Positions 1-46,352 of a stretch of 54,365 bases of DNA are shown piece by piece; the stretch's first letter is position 1; each line of letters opens with the position of its first letter. Both the position numbers and the translations under genes were made by a program. The DNA is from Priapulus caudatus. Taxonomy: Eukaryota. Below the pieces are notes generated by a model. That model was not told where the DNA came from. It was given only the letters and a program-made list of their open reading frames with translations, and made no database searches. The stretch is from the NCBI RefSeq assembly GCF_000485595.1, contig NW_014577078.1:636794-691158 (forward strand), in the 5' to 3' direction.

Positions 1-392
1 GAGGGTGTTTCTTATTTATTCATTTAAAAGCTAATCTAATTTACAAGAATTGTAATATCTTATAAACGACATATAGTTTCAGTTATAATATGGATAAATT
101 TGCCCTAAAATGAATATCGTTCGGTTAAATAGCATTTAAGTATAAATATAATTGCACTTTTGTGATTAGTCCTCGGTCTGTAACGTGCAAAATAAATTGT
201 AAAATACGCAACTTTTTGGGGGTGGCAGCACGGTCGCGGGTGTCATGGCGCCGTTCAAATTTCGTAGCGTTGATGTGTAATTAATTATAACAATTAAATT
301 AGGTATCTGGTGACAAATACATGTGGGTATAGACGATTTGTTATACAGTAAGTACAGTTGTATGCAGTTAAATCTTAGAGGCTACTGTCCCT
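1..392. mobile_element. Right part of a Kolobok-type (KolobokP LTDR-like) element that starts before the window
   Basis: Ends ...CTACTGTCCCT|TTAA (393-396). Bases 1-50 are identical to 7306-7355. Internal inverted repeat CCTCGGTCTGTA (171-182) is the reverse complement of TACAGACCGAGG in the other copy. Confidence 0.65.
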
Positions 393-796
393 TTAATGAT
401 TTTTCGTATAAATTCTGCAATCACTGTTGGCGGAGAGCACCAATAATACCAGCGTATGAAATGCAACCGATTCACCAGTTATTCGTGGGATTCCCATAAG
501 TAGCAGCATAACAGCATGGGTAGTAGTATCGTATCATCTCCACCACCAGCACACAATCGTTGTTCGCTCTCTCAGTTCTGGGTTGATCTCTGTTCACTCC
601 TGCGGAGGCATGGCTGACGCGCTCGTTTTGTCGTCACTGTCATGGCGGAGAAATACCGTGAAGTTGTCATTCAGTACCCAACCCTAGCGCTGTCTCCTAC
701 TGACATCGACGACGCAATGTTAGCTACGCTGACCTCACACTCGAAGAAAGTTTGGCTACGCTTGATTGCCGTAAGGCGTAAATTTATTATATTCAT

Positions 797-823
797 GTGT
801 GCGTGCGTGTCTGCGTGCGTGCA

Positions 824-871
<48 letters not shown>

Positions 872-872
872 T
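797..872. repeat. (GCGT)n microsatellite
   Basis: Directly visible; source of the spurious ORFs 671-880 and 793-1041. Confidence 0.95.
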
Positions 873-2149
873 GGCTGCAATGCGAACTGCAGGCGGCTGC
901 TGCATATCTCACGGTAAAGCTGGAGGGAATCACAGATGATACGTGAAGCTGGGTATGAAGGCGGTCGTTATGATCGGTAGGAACGTCGAATATACGAATG
1001 AAGGGAAAATAAACATGTGCAAGAGAGGGAAAAGGAAGCATGCTGGAAGCATTAAGCCTACTAGAGGTGATATAAATTCAGATTGAATTTCAATTTGGTT
1101 TCGATCGCGTGGATGCACGCAGTATATTGAGAGATCGTACAAAGGTCATGATGGTCACGTTTTTAACGCGTGTTCATTATAACCTCGCACGTTGCGAAGC
1201 TTGCTAATACTGTGAAATAACGCGATGAATTTGCGAATGACACCGGAAAAAAAAGCGAAATTCCAGACAGCATATTGTCAAAATGGCTGCCGCGATCATG
1301 GGCCGTGTGTCGTCGCTTCTCCAGTGAGATTACCCAGGCTGACTACCCACCAATGTTGCTGACGCTATAGGTTAGTGCAGATATGAATGATAACCAATAT
1401 TATAATTTAAACTCAGTATAATTAACGATAAACAATACTAGTAAAAATGAGTATGTACAGAGGTGGCACCTAGTTTTAGCCATCGAATAAGAATAAAAGT
1501 GAAAAATCGGTAAAACTTCGCATAAAAGCTTGACTGTATCCAGTAGTAGTAGTAGTATTCAACACCTGAAGCGTGTTCATTGATGAGGACAAAATCTACT
1601 AATGCGGAAAGCTATCTTGCTATGAATTTTATTTCTGTAATTTATATAGGAAATAACCTTGCGCATTAAAGTAATCGCAACGTTGGTCATTGTTCGAGAA
1701 CAAATTCACACCGATCCACTCTATCGGCTGCTCTCTGACGTCACATCTTCCTCACGAGATCTTCAGATTCAGATAACAGCAGGATCCGTTCCTCTCAGTT
1801 TGGACACTACCTTGCGTACACAGTTGTACATATCCTCGTGGTGGCACGTATTTATGTGCATTTTCACCTGCAGTATGGTCAGTGGCAGTAGTTATAACAC
1901 TCCTCTACTCTGCTAGTCTCAATTCTTCCCGGGATTCCACGCAGGATGACGTTACGTTTCGGTCAGCGTCCGGTAGATGTCGCTGCATGAATCTGTAGTA
2001 ATCGCGTAGTCCTGTTCTAGACAGAACGGTCGACGTGCTTCACATAGCGACATTGGGATCTACACTCGCAATCGTTATACGCTCGTCATACTCTGACATA
2101 AACCATTACATGTGACAACGCCTCGCAGCCCGACATAGCTGGTACGTGC

Positions 2150-2172
2150 TGACACACACCCGTACGCACGCA

Positions 2173-2203
<31 letters not shown>

Positions 2204-2292
2204 GCGCGCGCGCACGCACACACGCACACGCACGCATGCACGCACACACACGCACGCACGCACGCACACACACGCACGCACACACATACGCG
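2150..2292. repeat. (GCAC)n/(CA)n compound microsatellite
   Basis: Directly visible; probably within the PDZ gene 3' UTR. Confidence 0.9.
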
Positions 2293-2543
2293 CACAGCGC
2301 AAGCACGACCTTTCTTGGTGTGACACACCTATTTCATCCGCCCCTCGGTATCCTCATTTCATCGCACGCTCGTCGGCTGGCGACGACGACGCCACCTGTC
2401 GTCGTGAGTCCACCATCCGCCGATTTCTCATATCGCACGTATCCGCCAAATCTCTACGCGAACGTCGGCTCGGCGACCAAGTAACGACCGTACGAAACTC
2501 TCCCCCAAAGGCGGTAAAAAAAAATTCGGCGGCAGGCCATGCA

Positions 2544-34858
<32,315 letters not shown>

Positions 34859-34949
34859 CACCAGATGCTATCAGCCGTCGTGCTCCTGTGTAGATGGGGA
34901 AATAGACGGAGGAAGATAGAACCGAGTAGGGAGACAGAGATAAAGCGGA

Positions 34950-34983
<34 letters not shown>

Positions 34984-35837
34984 AGTGAAAGAGAGCGAAA
35001 AACTTAGCAACTAGCACCACCACGAATCAATCGAACCACCTTCGTCTCTATTGCAGGAATCACAGAAAAATCTACTCCTACTCTGCCATCACGTGTCGAC
35101 GAAAACGCATTCTAATCATGCTCTCGAGTCGATCTCAGCGCCTGCGTTCTCGCGAGAATGAGACAGGGTGCGAGAGATGCAGCATTCACAGGTGAGGCTC
35201 TCTCAGTGTGGCTTTCATGTGCACGCGCGTGCGTACGCATGCAGTCAGTGCGAGGACGAGTACGATAGCAACAGATATCAGACAATTCATCTGCGCAGTC
35301 GGTCATATGATTGACGTTCGTTTCACCGGAGTGCGATATTAAATGACAAATAATCACACGCTCGCTTTCATCCATGCATCCGCATGGTTTGTAAACGTAA
35401 TTATAACTACTCGAAAAATATAACACACAAACACGTACATCCACGCAATCACACGTGCGCGCGCATACACACGCGCACGCACACACACACAGACGTGCGC
35501 ACTCACACACGCAGCGAAGCGCACGCGCACCGGCACTCATCATGCTTAATAGAGACGATGCGTTCTCTATGTCTAAGACTGATTGATATACATCCGCAAC
35601 CAATCGCACACATCCTCCGAAACTGTACAGCGCAAAAATCTCTATCGCAAGCTCTCACGGTGTCCGTGTCCATCGTTTCTCATTGTGAATGATAATTCAG
35701 TGGACGCATATCCTCGCTATGATGCCCGCCTGCACATTCAACACGACGTATTGATAACAGTCACAGCCGCACACGAGACTGCGCGCGCGGATTGCGTAGT
35801 GAACGCATAACGAAACCGTCGCTAACTGCTCGCGATG

Positions 35838-35860
35838 GAGAGAGAGAGCGCGAGAGCGAT

Positions 35861-35911
<51 letters not shown>

Positions 35912-35940
35912 GAGAGACAGAGAAAGCGAGAGACAGAGAT
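35838..35940. repeat. (AG)n microsatellite upstream of the PDZ gene start
   Basis: Directly visible. Confidence 0.9.
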
Positions 35941-38193
35941 AGGTAGCGCGCACGTGCTAGCGGCTAATTATATGCGGCTAATTATAAGGACCCGTGCGCA
36001 GCGCCTCGCCTCATGGAGACCGCATAATCAGTGGAACATCACAGAATCGCGCTTTGTTCAAGCGAGGGTGCAACATAATTGGAGTTTCTTTGTTGCCGAG
36101 CGTCAGCGTTGCCATCGTAATCCTAGCACGCTGGTCCCCTGGCGGGGATGGTGCGCACGTGTGGTGGGTATAACCATCGATAGCTTCGATCAACATCGTC
36201 GCTCACGCGAGAACACGCGTGGAATCGCAAAAAATATCGAGAGAATGAGATACAGCGGGAGAGATGGTGTGAGGTGAGGGAAGCGAGAAAACGAGATGGG
36301 AGAGGGTCGGGCAGAGAGAACGAGAGAGAACGAAAGCGGGAGAGAGGGGGTATAGAAAGAGAGGAGAGCGGTGAGCGAAACATTTTTTGCTTAGCCACGT
36401 GAAATCGAGCCTTTCTGAATCCCGTAACCTATCGAGTCCGACGTACTTTTGTTGAGAATACGTCCCTGCTCACACCATACGTGCGCTATACGCAGCGTGC
36501 TCTCTTCGTGTCTTTGTCACACGTGAGCTCAATTCTACAATGTCAATACTGTCGTGCTGCTTCAATGATATAGTTCTAAAAATAAAGCAAGGCTATAAGA
36601 CCGAGAACAGTACTCCACTCACAGCGTCCGTGTGGTTTTCCATTAAAGCGCTACTCTACACGCAATGGCGTCTCGTTTGTCAAAACAGGCAGTACGATGC
36701 TTTTTCGTCGTACACAAGTTCTCTGTACATCGAATTCGACACCCGCTTTTTTGCTTGTTTATATCGCACATCATACCCTCTAGCGGTCAACGGAAAACGT
36801 TGCATATATGGCGCTCACCGTTGTTGCTACTAAATGCTTTAGCGCGCACACAGTAAATATAAGTATAAAGATCAACCTGCAGTATCAATACAGTTTTGTT
36901 CGTTTTTCAATTGCACTGAGTAACTGTAATTATCTAGGCAGCTGTTGCTGTCACAATATCTATCCGACTCGTGCGCAAACTAACACAGCAGTCCTACTCA
37001 TAAACGGAATTACTGTATAAATAATGTAGAATAATAATAATAACGATAAACTTTAATAGGTAACGTTAGCTCGCCGATGACAATCACGTTGTTAGGATCA
37101 TACATGCCGATCGACACGTATATTGTATGTACAGTATGTGGAGGGTAATTCTTTTTTTCATCGTTTGTTTGTTTGTTTGTTTGTTCGGTCATTTGTTTGT
37201 TTGTTTGTTTGTTTTTTCGGTCGTTTGTCTGTGTTGGTTTGTTCAATTATTTGTTTCCCACTTTCAGCTCTCGCGTGCCATCAACACTGATCCAACGATG
37301 TGGGAGCTGATCAAGTGGATCGCAGCTGTCATAAGACGCTTCCGCTTGGCTAAAATGCCGAGAGTACCGGTGCATCAATATCGTGTACTGCATTACATGT
37401 ATGTAACGTGATAACTGCACGCAGGCAGTACATTCCTTTATCTATATTCATCCCAGAAAGCTTGCGACCGCGTTGACGTATTCATTCCATCTTCTTCTTT
37501 TATCCTCGTATCATGCCTTGAGGTTGTAGATAGAAGCATATAATATCATCGGACGGTTTATTTATCCAGCGATGACATATCGACGCCTTACGACACGCCT
37601 TCCCGGCGAAGACGACCATTTTCTTCTCTCGCGAGATCTCATTATCTCGTTAGCGTTGCCGACAGGGCTAATGTCAGTGAAGGGTAATACTATAGTCGGC
37701 TGCCCGTTCATCAACGGGTGCCTGCTGTGTCGGCATTCACGCCGGCGGCATTCAGGGAGAAAGAAGGGATGGCGGCGTGAATAGATACTGGCAGGATACC
37801 TGCACCTCGGCTTCACGTTGAGCGTGGCGGCTTTATAATTCCGCTCAACTTAACGACGCAGTGCGTAAGTGACTTTGAGCAGGCGATCTGTGACGGCATT
37901 GGCGCTTGTGACGGGATCGATATATAGAGTGAGAAGTAGAATCCGTTAGTCCGTGGTAGAACTCCCTCCCTCTTTCGCCGCAATATGTATATGCTGTAAT
38001 CTATCATGTACATACGATGTTTGTGTGTGTGCGTGCGTGCGTGCGTGCGTGTGCGCGCGTATGCGTGTGCGCGTGTGTGTGGGGGGGGGCATGTGCGTGT
38101 GCGTGTGCGTGTGTATGTGCGTGTGTACGTGCGTACTAAGAAAGGGACGCTTAGCATACCTACACATTAACAAGCATAGGCGAATCTACGTTA

Positions 38194-38390
38194 CCGCGTT
38201 CACACGTAGCAAGAAATCCGGTATTTAGCGTTCACACGAGGCAAAATGCGCGGTCCAAGAAATACGGTATCTAAACAGATCCGGTATTTGATGTAAATAC
38301 GCGGCTTCCCAGACCCCGAATAATTTGCCGTGCTTGAGAAATACCGGATCTCTTGGACCGCGCATTTCCTCGTGTGAACGCTAAATACCG
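38194..38390 (-). mobile_element. Truncated copy of the MITE at 46979-47473
   Basis: Reverse complement of about 47275-47470 (CCGCGTTCACACGTAGCAA..AATCCGGTATTTAGCGTTCACACGAGG...). Confidence 0.8.
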
Positions 38391-40659
38391 TAATACAAGG
38401 CAAATTTAACCAACGTAAAAACATTTATATCAGGTGAGAGCTTTAGGATATATTTAGTAACGTTAGTACTAACTTTTGATGTAAAAAAATTACAAAAATA
38501 AGGTTTTCAACTATAAATTTCAGGAAATTCGTGACGTAGACACTTTAACCTAGCATGCTTTACCTGTCGGCAAAACAAACTAAAAGAAAACAGGATATCT
38601 TAGACGCAATTGAAGACAGTGTAGCAAGGCTAACCAATAACCAAAAAACAATAAACAAAAAAAACGAACAAAAAGAAAATAAGACATCTTAGACGGAATT
38701 GAAGGCAGTGTAGCAAAAAGCATTTCTTTGAAGATAACCAGTAAATGCCAAGTAAATTGGAACAGGAGGATTGAGTCATCACAGGAGACCAATATCGCGT
38801 TACGTTGCAGTGTAGAAAGACGTCAACTAATAGCAAAAATTACGACAGAATCACAAACCCATTTCTGCTAAAAGTCCGGTATTGCAAAGCCCCGATATTG
38901 AACGAATCGTAGTAGATAGAAAAACTCATGCGTCAGCGACAACCCATTAAATAAGCTATCATTCTGCGAAAATAGGAAAAATAATTGCATTCCGTCGAAT
39001 AATATGGCAAAAACAAAATCAACAGATGATGATGATGACGACAGAGACGTTGTATTTCACTGATAAATTACGGTCCGGGAGAGCTTGTTGGATGACAATG
39101 TAAATGCGTATAGAGCTAGTGACATTAGCAAAAAATCCTTCCTAGAATAAGCTTAAACATGTGATAAATACGAAAAAAATTGTATTCCGTCGAATAATAT
39201 GGCGCAAACAAAATTAACAGATGATGATGACAGAGACGTTGTATTTCACTGATAAATTCTGCAAAGTTATCTGAATGAAAAATCGTAGCAGATTTCCTGA
39301 TAACAATACGAAACAAAGCGCTGTCGACGGTCTACGAGAAAATGTTATTGCTAAGACTAATGTTAAGACTAATTTTGTTTCTGACAACGGGCTCTTGTTG
39401 TTTACGCCACCGGCCACAGCTCGAGTGGAATATATAGCAGTTCTGCTATAATGACACATCGTGACGTTTTCCCCCATTTATTTGACGTCGTGGCTCTTTT
39501 TCGACAATTCAGAAATGTCCCTATTCTCACTAGTTTCTGTTCAGATTTTATTTTAAAGAGATTGGCTATACTTTGCTTATTTTAAAGAGATTGGCTTTAA
39601 AGAGATTGGCAAAGCCGATTAGAATTTCGCTTCATCTAAAGTGCTGTCATTCATCGATTCGTTCCCATGCTGCCTGATCGCACTTTAATCTCTTACGGTG
39701 CCCATGGTCGACCAATCGATCAGCACAGTTTAATGGGTGGCTTTCCGAGACCGGACTGAACTGGCTCCGAGTAAGTCATCGAGAATCAATAACAGGGCTT
39801 AACTGTGGGCAGGGACCACGTAGGCTCGGCCACGCGGGAATGTTTTATGGGTCAGTATATGCGATCTGTGTGGACATTATGCTGAAGGGTTTCAGTGGAA
39901 ATCTAGAGTTGCGTGCGGTGCGGTTCGCGTGCGTTTCCTCTGCGGATTCGTTCACTCACGGCAAATGTGTGCTCTGGCCTCGTGCCACTGACGGTATCGA
40001 TACACGTAGCCTTCACCGTGTGGCTGTCGGTTCCGTCTGTCGGCAAGTGAACGCTTAGATTTCTCCGAGTATTTGGTTTAGTAGATCGTCTGGTGCGGTA
40101 TATTACCATGGCTACGGGCAACGGCGGCTGTCAATCATCTGACTATAATGACAAAATAGCGTCAGTCGTTCGAGAGCCAACTAACAACGTTCTAAAGTTT
40201 CCTTTTTTGATTGATTGGCCCATTATCGCGTAATATTTTTTATCATCAAGAATCAAAGTTTATAAGAATATATATATATATATTATAGAGCGAGAGAGAG
40301 AGTACAATGTCGATGATAGTTATTGGCAGCTGTAAATGTTCATATACCGCCATGCGGTGAGGGTCGGGTACAATCCACGCTATGATAGCCATGCTTGTGC
40401 GCTATTTCGCCTGCAATGATTTGATCGTGTGTGAATGCGAAACACATGATATAAACGCGTCGATACCTTATCCATATGGCAATTAATCTTACTCGCATCG
40501 AGATGAGATTTAATTTGAACACAAATCTTATTAGAAAGGTAAACGCCTACAGTAGTTTAACCTGCATCGTTTCTGTGTAGGCTGGTGAATCTATGCCATT
40601 AGCGATGTCAGGAGTACGATCTGACGCCCACTCTCCCTTTTTCATCTTGTATTCCTCTA

Positions 40660-40675
40660 CCCCTCTCTCTTTCTC

Positions 40676-40707
<32 letters not shown>

Positions 40708-40755
40708 TCTCTCTCTCTCTCTCTCTCCTCTCCTCTTTCCTCCCTTATTCTTCTT

Positions 40756-40811
<56 letters not shown>

Positions 40812-40830
40812 TCTCGCTCTCTCTTCTCAC
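40660..40830. repeat. Imperfect (CT)n microsatellite
   Basis: Directly visible. Confidence 0.9.
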
Positions 40831-43800
40831 ACTCGATCGATATGAAATTGATAACACTTGCTCTCTCACTCTCGATCGATATGAAATGATAACACGCCCT
40901 GATCGTATTTGTATTAAAAATCATATCAAGTTATTGACAGGGTCAGGATAGGTGTAAAAACACGCACATTTTATTCATTTCTGGCAGGATACTAATGGAA
41001 ACTCACTCTATAAACGGAATTGGCAAATAAAGCCATTATAGTAATAATCCGAAGCGACATGTTCCACTGCTCCCTGTAGGTCGTTATACCGTGTAAAACT
41101 GACAGCGATGGATGAATGACGAACGAAAATAAAAACTACGAACCCCGTCGTTTCCCTTCACTACTAACAAACGAATGTAAAATAGCATTTGCGTTTCCGC
41201 TTCCGTTCATCAAGTAATGGTCGTTACGTCATGTGGTTACGCTGCATGCGTCATGCTCTGTAAGCGGCTTTGCCATTGTTTGATACGCGTGCGGTTTCCG
41301 AAAACGTGGAAAAAAGACACGAGCGCATGTCTCTACTGCGCATGCTTAGTATGCTTAATGCAATTATTCTGTCCTTGACTGTCACGTAGATTACGTTGAC
41401 AAAAAGGCGAACGTGGGTTCGGATATTTTTCGTCTGAGCCGCCGACGTGATTGCCGCACACCAATTAGGTTTGAGGGGACATGTACGTGAGATAGTAAAG
41501 TGTGCGCGTAAGTGCCTCCATACACGTAACCACGTATACCTTCAATCTACACATAAAATAGTGACAAATAAATTATATATAAATAAATATATATATATAT
41601 ATATATATATATCATTGGGCTAAAGAAGTAGTGTTTATAAAGCTACGAATATATTGCTAGGGGAAAATAGAGATACCCGTCGCGGGTTTTTGCGGATACG
41701 TATTTTGAAGTTGCCAATTTTCCTTCACGATTATGACGAAGTAATCTGATATTTCCAACGTTGGTTATGTACCTTACTAACATGCTCACGTTAACTCGTT
41801 TATGTTCGTGCGCTATATTGAGCAACCAATTTTATTAGATACAAAATGACTGCGTACTTCCGCTTTTTACGCTCGTCAGGTAAAATAACGGACAAAATTA
41901 GGTTTATTTTCGTCCCGTTATTTTCGGATTTTTCCCCTAAGCCTCCCTAACATAGCTATGCACCGATTAATTGAACTAAGTGCTGATATACTCCATATTT
42001 GTGGCAACGTGGCGAGATATGTATTCGCGACCAGTGCCCGTAGTATCGTGTAGTTACATGGTTATATGATAATACGGCAACAATCACAGAAACATGAACC
42101 CTATGTTAATGTAAGGTTATTAAATTAATGTCGTACGTCTTATTTCACGCAGATATTTTTTTAATAATGCATATCATGTTAGATATCGATTTACATTGCT
42201 TCAAATGAAATTATCATGTCAACAATCAAAATTTATATTACAAACCTTATGTATTTTATAACATCTAATCGCCCCTCTGCTAAAACAACCCCCACCAAAG
42301 TCTATCTAACCAAGGTCTGCTAATGCACGTCTAAGTTAAAAACCTTTTTTTACAAATATTTTATCAACACACATCAACTGAGTTTACGCGACTTGCATAT
42401 ATGTCGAAAACAGGCAAATTATTCTGCCGTGTCATCAGTTTTATCAAAGTAGTTAGACAGCAAAATGTACAAAAAAGTGCTATTAGGCTACAGTTGGTTG
42501 CAAACGCGAAGAGCACGAATAGACAGCTATATCGTGTGCCAATTACAGAAGTCTCCCTCACCACTGAAACTGTTCCCTCAGGCGTATCGTCAACAACGTC
42601 CAATTTCGAAAATACCTCGTATTGGATGATCTTTCGCGATCGTTTTACGAAGTCACGAACATCAAATCTAACCAGATAGCGTCAACGTCTACAGTTACTC
42701 TATAACCTACGTCACCGGCGCGCGTTTCAGAACGTAGTCGTCCCGAAACGCAGCTGCAGGGCATCTTTGGCCATCTTTGGCCGGCAATTGCTTTGCACGC
42801 TTCCGGTCGTGTGTGAATCGTAACGACAACCATGCCTGCTCGCGCGCTCGCGTAGCCTACATACTCGTGTGGTCGGTGCCTACATAGGGCCTACCCACCT
42901 ATTTCAGTACAGCCGTTTTTGAATTTTCCAGAGTCGATAGATGGGCACGCACTCTCTACCCGAATCGACGTCGAAATTTCGTGTAAAAATGTTTGCGCGT
43001 TCGCCGGCTAACATGTGGAAAGTAATATGACACGCATGAAAATCGCCGAATGCGTCCAAGCGGAAAGCGTGGAAAGACTAGCTCCTTGCATATGAACAGG
43101 TTAGTTAGAGGCTCGCGCATCTCAGAGATGAGTACGAAAGATGCACCGCCTGGCGAACAACGCCATCTAGCGGCGAGCAACATTTACATAGTAGAATCTG
43201 ACGAAGGTAATTCGACGCGAGAGGTACTCGCTCTCTCGTATTAACGCGAGCGGAAAAGTCACGTCCTGGACGCGGGGATTCCCGAAATGTTCCCACGGGA
43301 AAATCACGCGATCGGCGCGCCACCACCGACGCCGGTGACTGAAGACCACACTTGCGGGGTTAAATTATTTTTACCGCGGTAAAAATAATTGTTTCTCAGT
43401 ACAACAGCCAACCATAGACGACGGTGAAGATCACACTTGCGGGGCTACCCGAATTACGGAGTAAAGCTTCGCGACGAATTCCAGAGCGCTCGGAGAATAT
43501 GCGGTGCTGGATACCTCGGCATCTGCTATCGCGCTAATAATAGGCGTGTGACAACGCGCATCTGCCGCCAGCGGCGCTGTCGATTTGAAGTGATATATTT
43601 TCACAACGCTCGTTCAGCGCATTGCCCACCTGCGGTTCACAACATATACAACATATACAACATACAAAATATACGACATATAGACGTATGTACATCTGTA
43701 TACGACGGTATATTTTAAATTACCCACAATGCAACGCCGCCGGCCATGACGGTTTCAGAAACCAGTTCAGGCATGGTACAAGTACATTGAGCAAAGGACC

Positions 43801-43845
43801 TCTGCTCATTTTATTCGCCTATTAAGCAAATCCATCACATCGCCG

Positions 43846-44375
43846 CTCTCCTGCGGTGTTGTCAACTGCAGCAATCAGTATCAGAGAGAGCCACACAGCT
43901 TTTTTAGGCTGCTTAGCGTGATCACAACGCAAGGTAAAGTGACGAGAGACCAGGCGGACCACAGACGCTTGAAGCGTTTTCAATAAAAAAGCAATGCTGA
44001 ATAAACACGAAATGTATTTGCCAATGTCTTAATGTTTCTCTACTCTCTTTCACCTAGTATTGCCGATAATTACCTGTAAATGCCGGTCAAATGCTCCTCT
44101 GCAACACACAGGTACACCGCACACACGGCGCACGCCGCTACACATTTACACTTATATACATATATCGCCGGCATCCAGTAGGCAGCTGTTTGAGTGGGGG
44201 TGGTGATTTCTCTTGCACGTGCAGCATACTCTACGTAAAATAGCACCGAGGCAACATGTAAACAGAATTCACCAAGCCCGGCTTTACAATTACAGTGTGC
44301 TGACATGATGTCTGTCCCATATTCTCTCATCGTGACCTATGCACGGGTAGAGAGATGGTATAATCAGAGACTGTA
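43846..44375. mobile_element. Kolobok-type remnant with convergent THAP-like (+) and SWIM (-) fragments
   Basis: Plus 43849-43975: SCGVVNCSNQYQREPHSFFRLLSVITTQGKVTRDQADHRR. Minus 44330-44170: G.DIMSAHCNCKAGLGEFCLHVASVLFYVE....TPTQTAAYWMP (CxC..CxH). Element ends not identified. Confidence 0.6.
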
Positions 44376-44522
44376 TCGCTAGATTGCGCATATCGGTAAC
44401 ACGTGTTCGCAATTCTGACTACCAGTATGGCCGGCGGCAAGTGATTGTAGGTAATATTGCTATTTTTAGTGCAAGTCGCGGAACCCTCTATACCTGTCTA
44501 CCTGTATGCGATATAGTCGAGA

Positions 44523-45284
44523 CACACCCTTCAAGAGATAACAACCGCTCTCGAGGAAAATGCATCCAAGGTTGGTTTAAAGATCAGCTGCCAGAAGACT
44601 AAGACCATGCAGACTGGAGACCAGCAGCCAATAGACCATCTGATCATCAATGGGAAACCTGTGGAAAACGTCAAAAGATTTACCTATCTTGGCAGCACAT
44701 TCACAACGGCAGGAGATGTAGAGGTCGACATCAACTCTCGAATTGGTAAAGTTGCATCAGTATTCAGAAGAATGCTGCCAATATGGTCTAGTGGTGGAAT
44801 ACCCAAAATGCTAAAAGTCAAGCTCCTCCGATCCATAGTCCTCCCTACAGCTCTCTATGCCAGTGAAACATGGAAAATTACCGTGAAGATGAAGAAGAAA
44901 TTGGACGCATTCCAACAACGCTGCCTGAGGAAGATCCTGAAGGTTAGCTACAGAGATCACATCAGGAACGAAGAAATCTACCGGAGGACTGCAACAATGC
45001 CTCTCAGTCAAGACATAGAGATCCGCAGGATGAAATTCGCAGGACACGTACTCAGAATGCCACCAGCGCGTGCTCCCAAGATAGGAATTTCATGGCAACC
45101 TGACGGAAGAAGGAAAAAAGGCCGACCACAACTCACGTGGAGGCAAACGTTCGAAAAGGATTTGGAAACCCGGGACGTTTGCTTATCGAGGGTGGAAGAC
45201 GTCGCACATGACCGGGTAGAATGGCGAAGGCTTGCTGCCCAATGCACTCAACAGGGTGGGAGGAACTAAGTCTAAGTAAGTAAG
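44523..45284 (+). mobile_element. 5'-truncated RTE-clade LINE (end of RT, thumb and C-terminal region, TAAG tail)
   Basis: Open frame 44523-45269: LQEITTALEENASKVGLKISCQKTKTM..VKRFTYLGS..LYASETW..RRMKFAGHVLRM..GRP..TW..DR.EWR; tail TAAGTCTAAGTAAGTAAG right after the stop. Confidence 0.9.
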
Positions 45285-45689
45285 AAGGTGTGAAACTACT
45301 CACTCAAGTGTTCAGATAGTTAGTTATTCATCTGCTCGGGTAATTACTGCAGGTGTGCGGATAACCGATGAGCTGCGCAACGTGTTACCAGCTGTGCAGG
45401 TACTCAGGTGTGCAGCCGCATGCGTGCGTGTCTAGCTGGCTACCTACCCGTACAACACTCACTTACGGGTCTCACCAGGATCGCTTGTATCTACTAGATT
45501 GCTCGTAGCTACTCAGGGGTGAAGGTAGGCACTTTATTTCACGAATAGCTAATCGGTTATACGCATGGCAGTCTAGCTAGCTATATTCCTGTACGGTTCT
45601 AGACATGTGTATGGCTAGCTACTTACTTACGACTTTAACCAGGTTGGCTTGTAGCTACTAAAGGTGTGCATGTAGTTTCTCAGGTATCC

Positions 45690-45900
45690 AGCTAGCTGAT
45701 CAGGTGTCCATATAGCTAATCAGGTGTGCACATAGCTACTCAGGTGTGCATATAGCTACTCTGGTGGGCACATAGCTACTCTGGTGTGCATATACCTACT
45801 CTGGTGTGCACATAGCTACTCTGGTGTGCATATAGCTACTCTGGTGTGCACATAGCTACTCTGGTGTACCCATAGCTACTCAGGTATAGGCGGCCAGCTA
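45690..45900. repeat. 20-bp minisatellite (ACTCTGGTGTGCACATAGCT)n
   Basis: About 9-10 tandem units, with degenerate copies back to about 45290. Confidence 0.9.
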
Positions 45901-46308
45901 ATTAGGTGTGCAGCTAGCTAACCAGGAATACAGACAGCTATTCGAGCTTACGTGAATCTATTTGGCACGGCAATATCGATTACCCTTCGGTGACTGCTGC
46001 TGCTGATCCGATCGATTATCGTCTAGAGAATTTTCTGGGTACACTCGCTGCTCGACTTTCCTGCCAACATTATGTAGGTACCGCGCTCTAGAGGTGCTGT
46101 GCATGCACGCACGTACACGCGAGCGCGCTGGTAGAAACGCACGGACACGCGCACGCCCAAACGCACGCACGCACACGCGCATGCAAGCACATACGAAAAC
46201 TCACATGTAGACGCATATACGTATATATCATAATGCGCATACACAAACTGGAACTGCTAAGCATCTACGCACCCACGCCCACACACACGCGCGCGCGCGC
46301 CGCGTGTG

Positions 46309-46352
<44 letters not shown>

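Noticed and set aside
42364..42833. Non-repetitive ORFs near the CpG-rich region
   Set aside because: No recognisable domain and no consistent splice structure.
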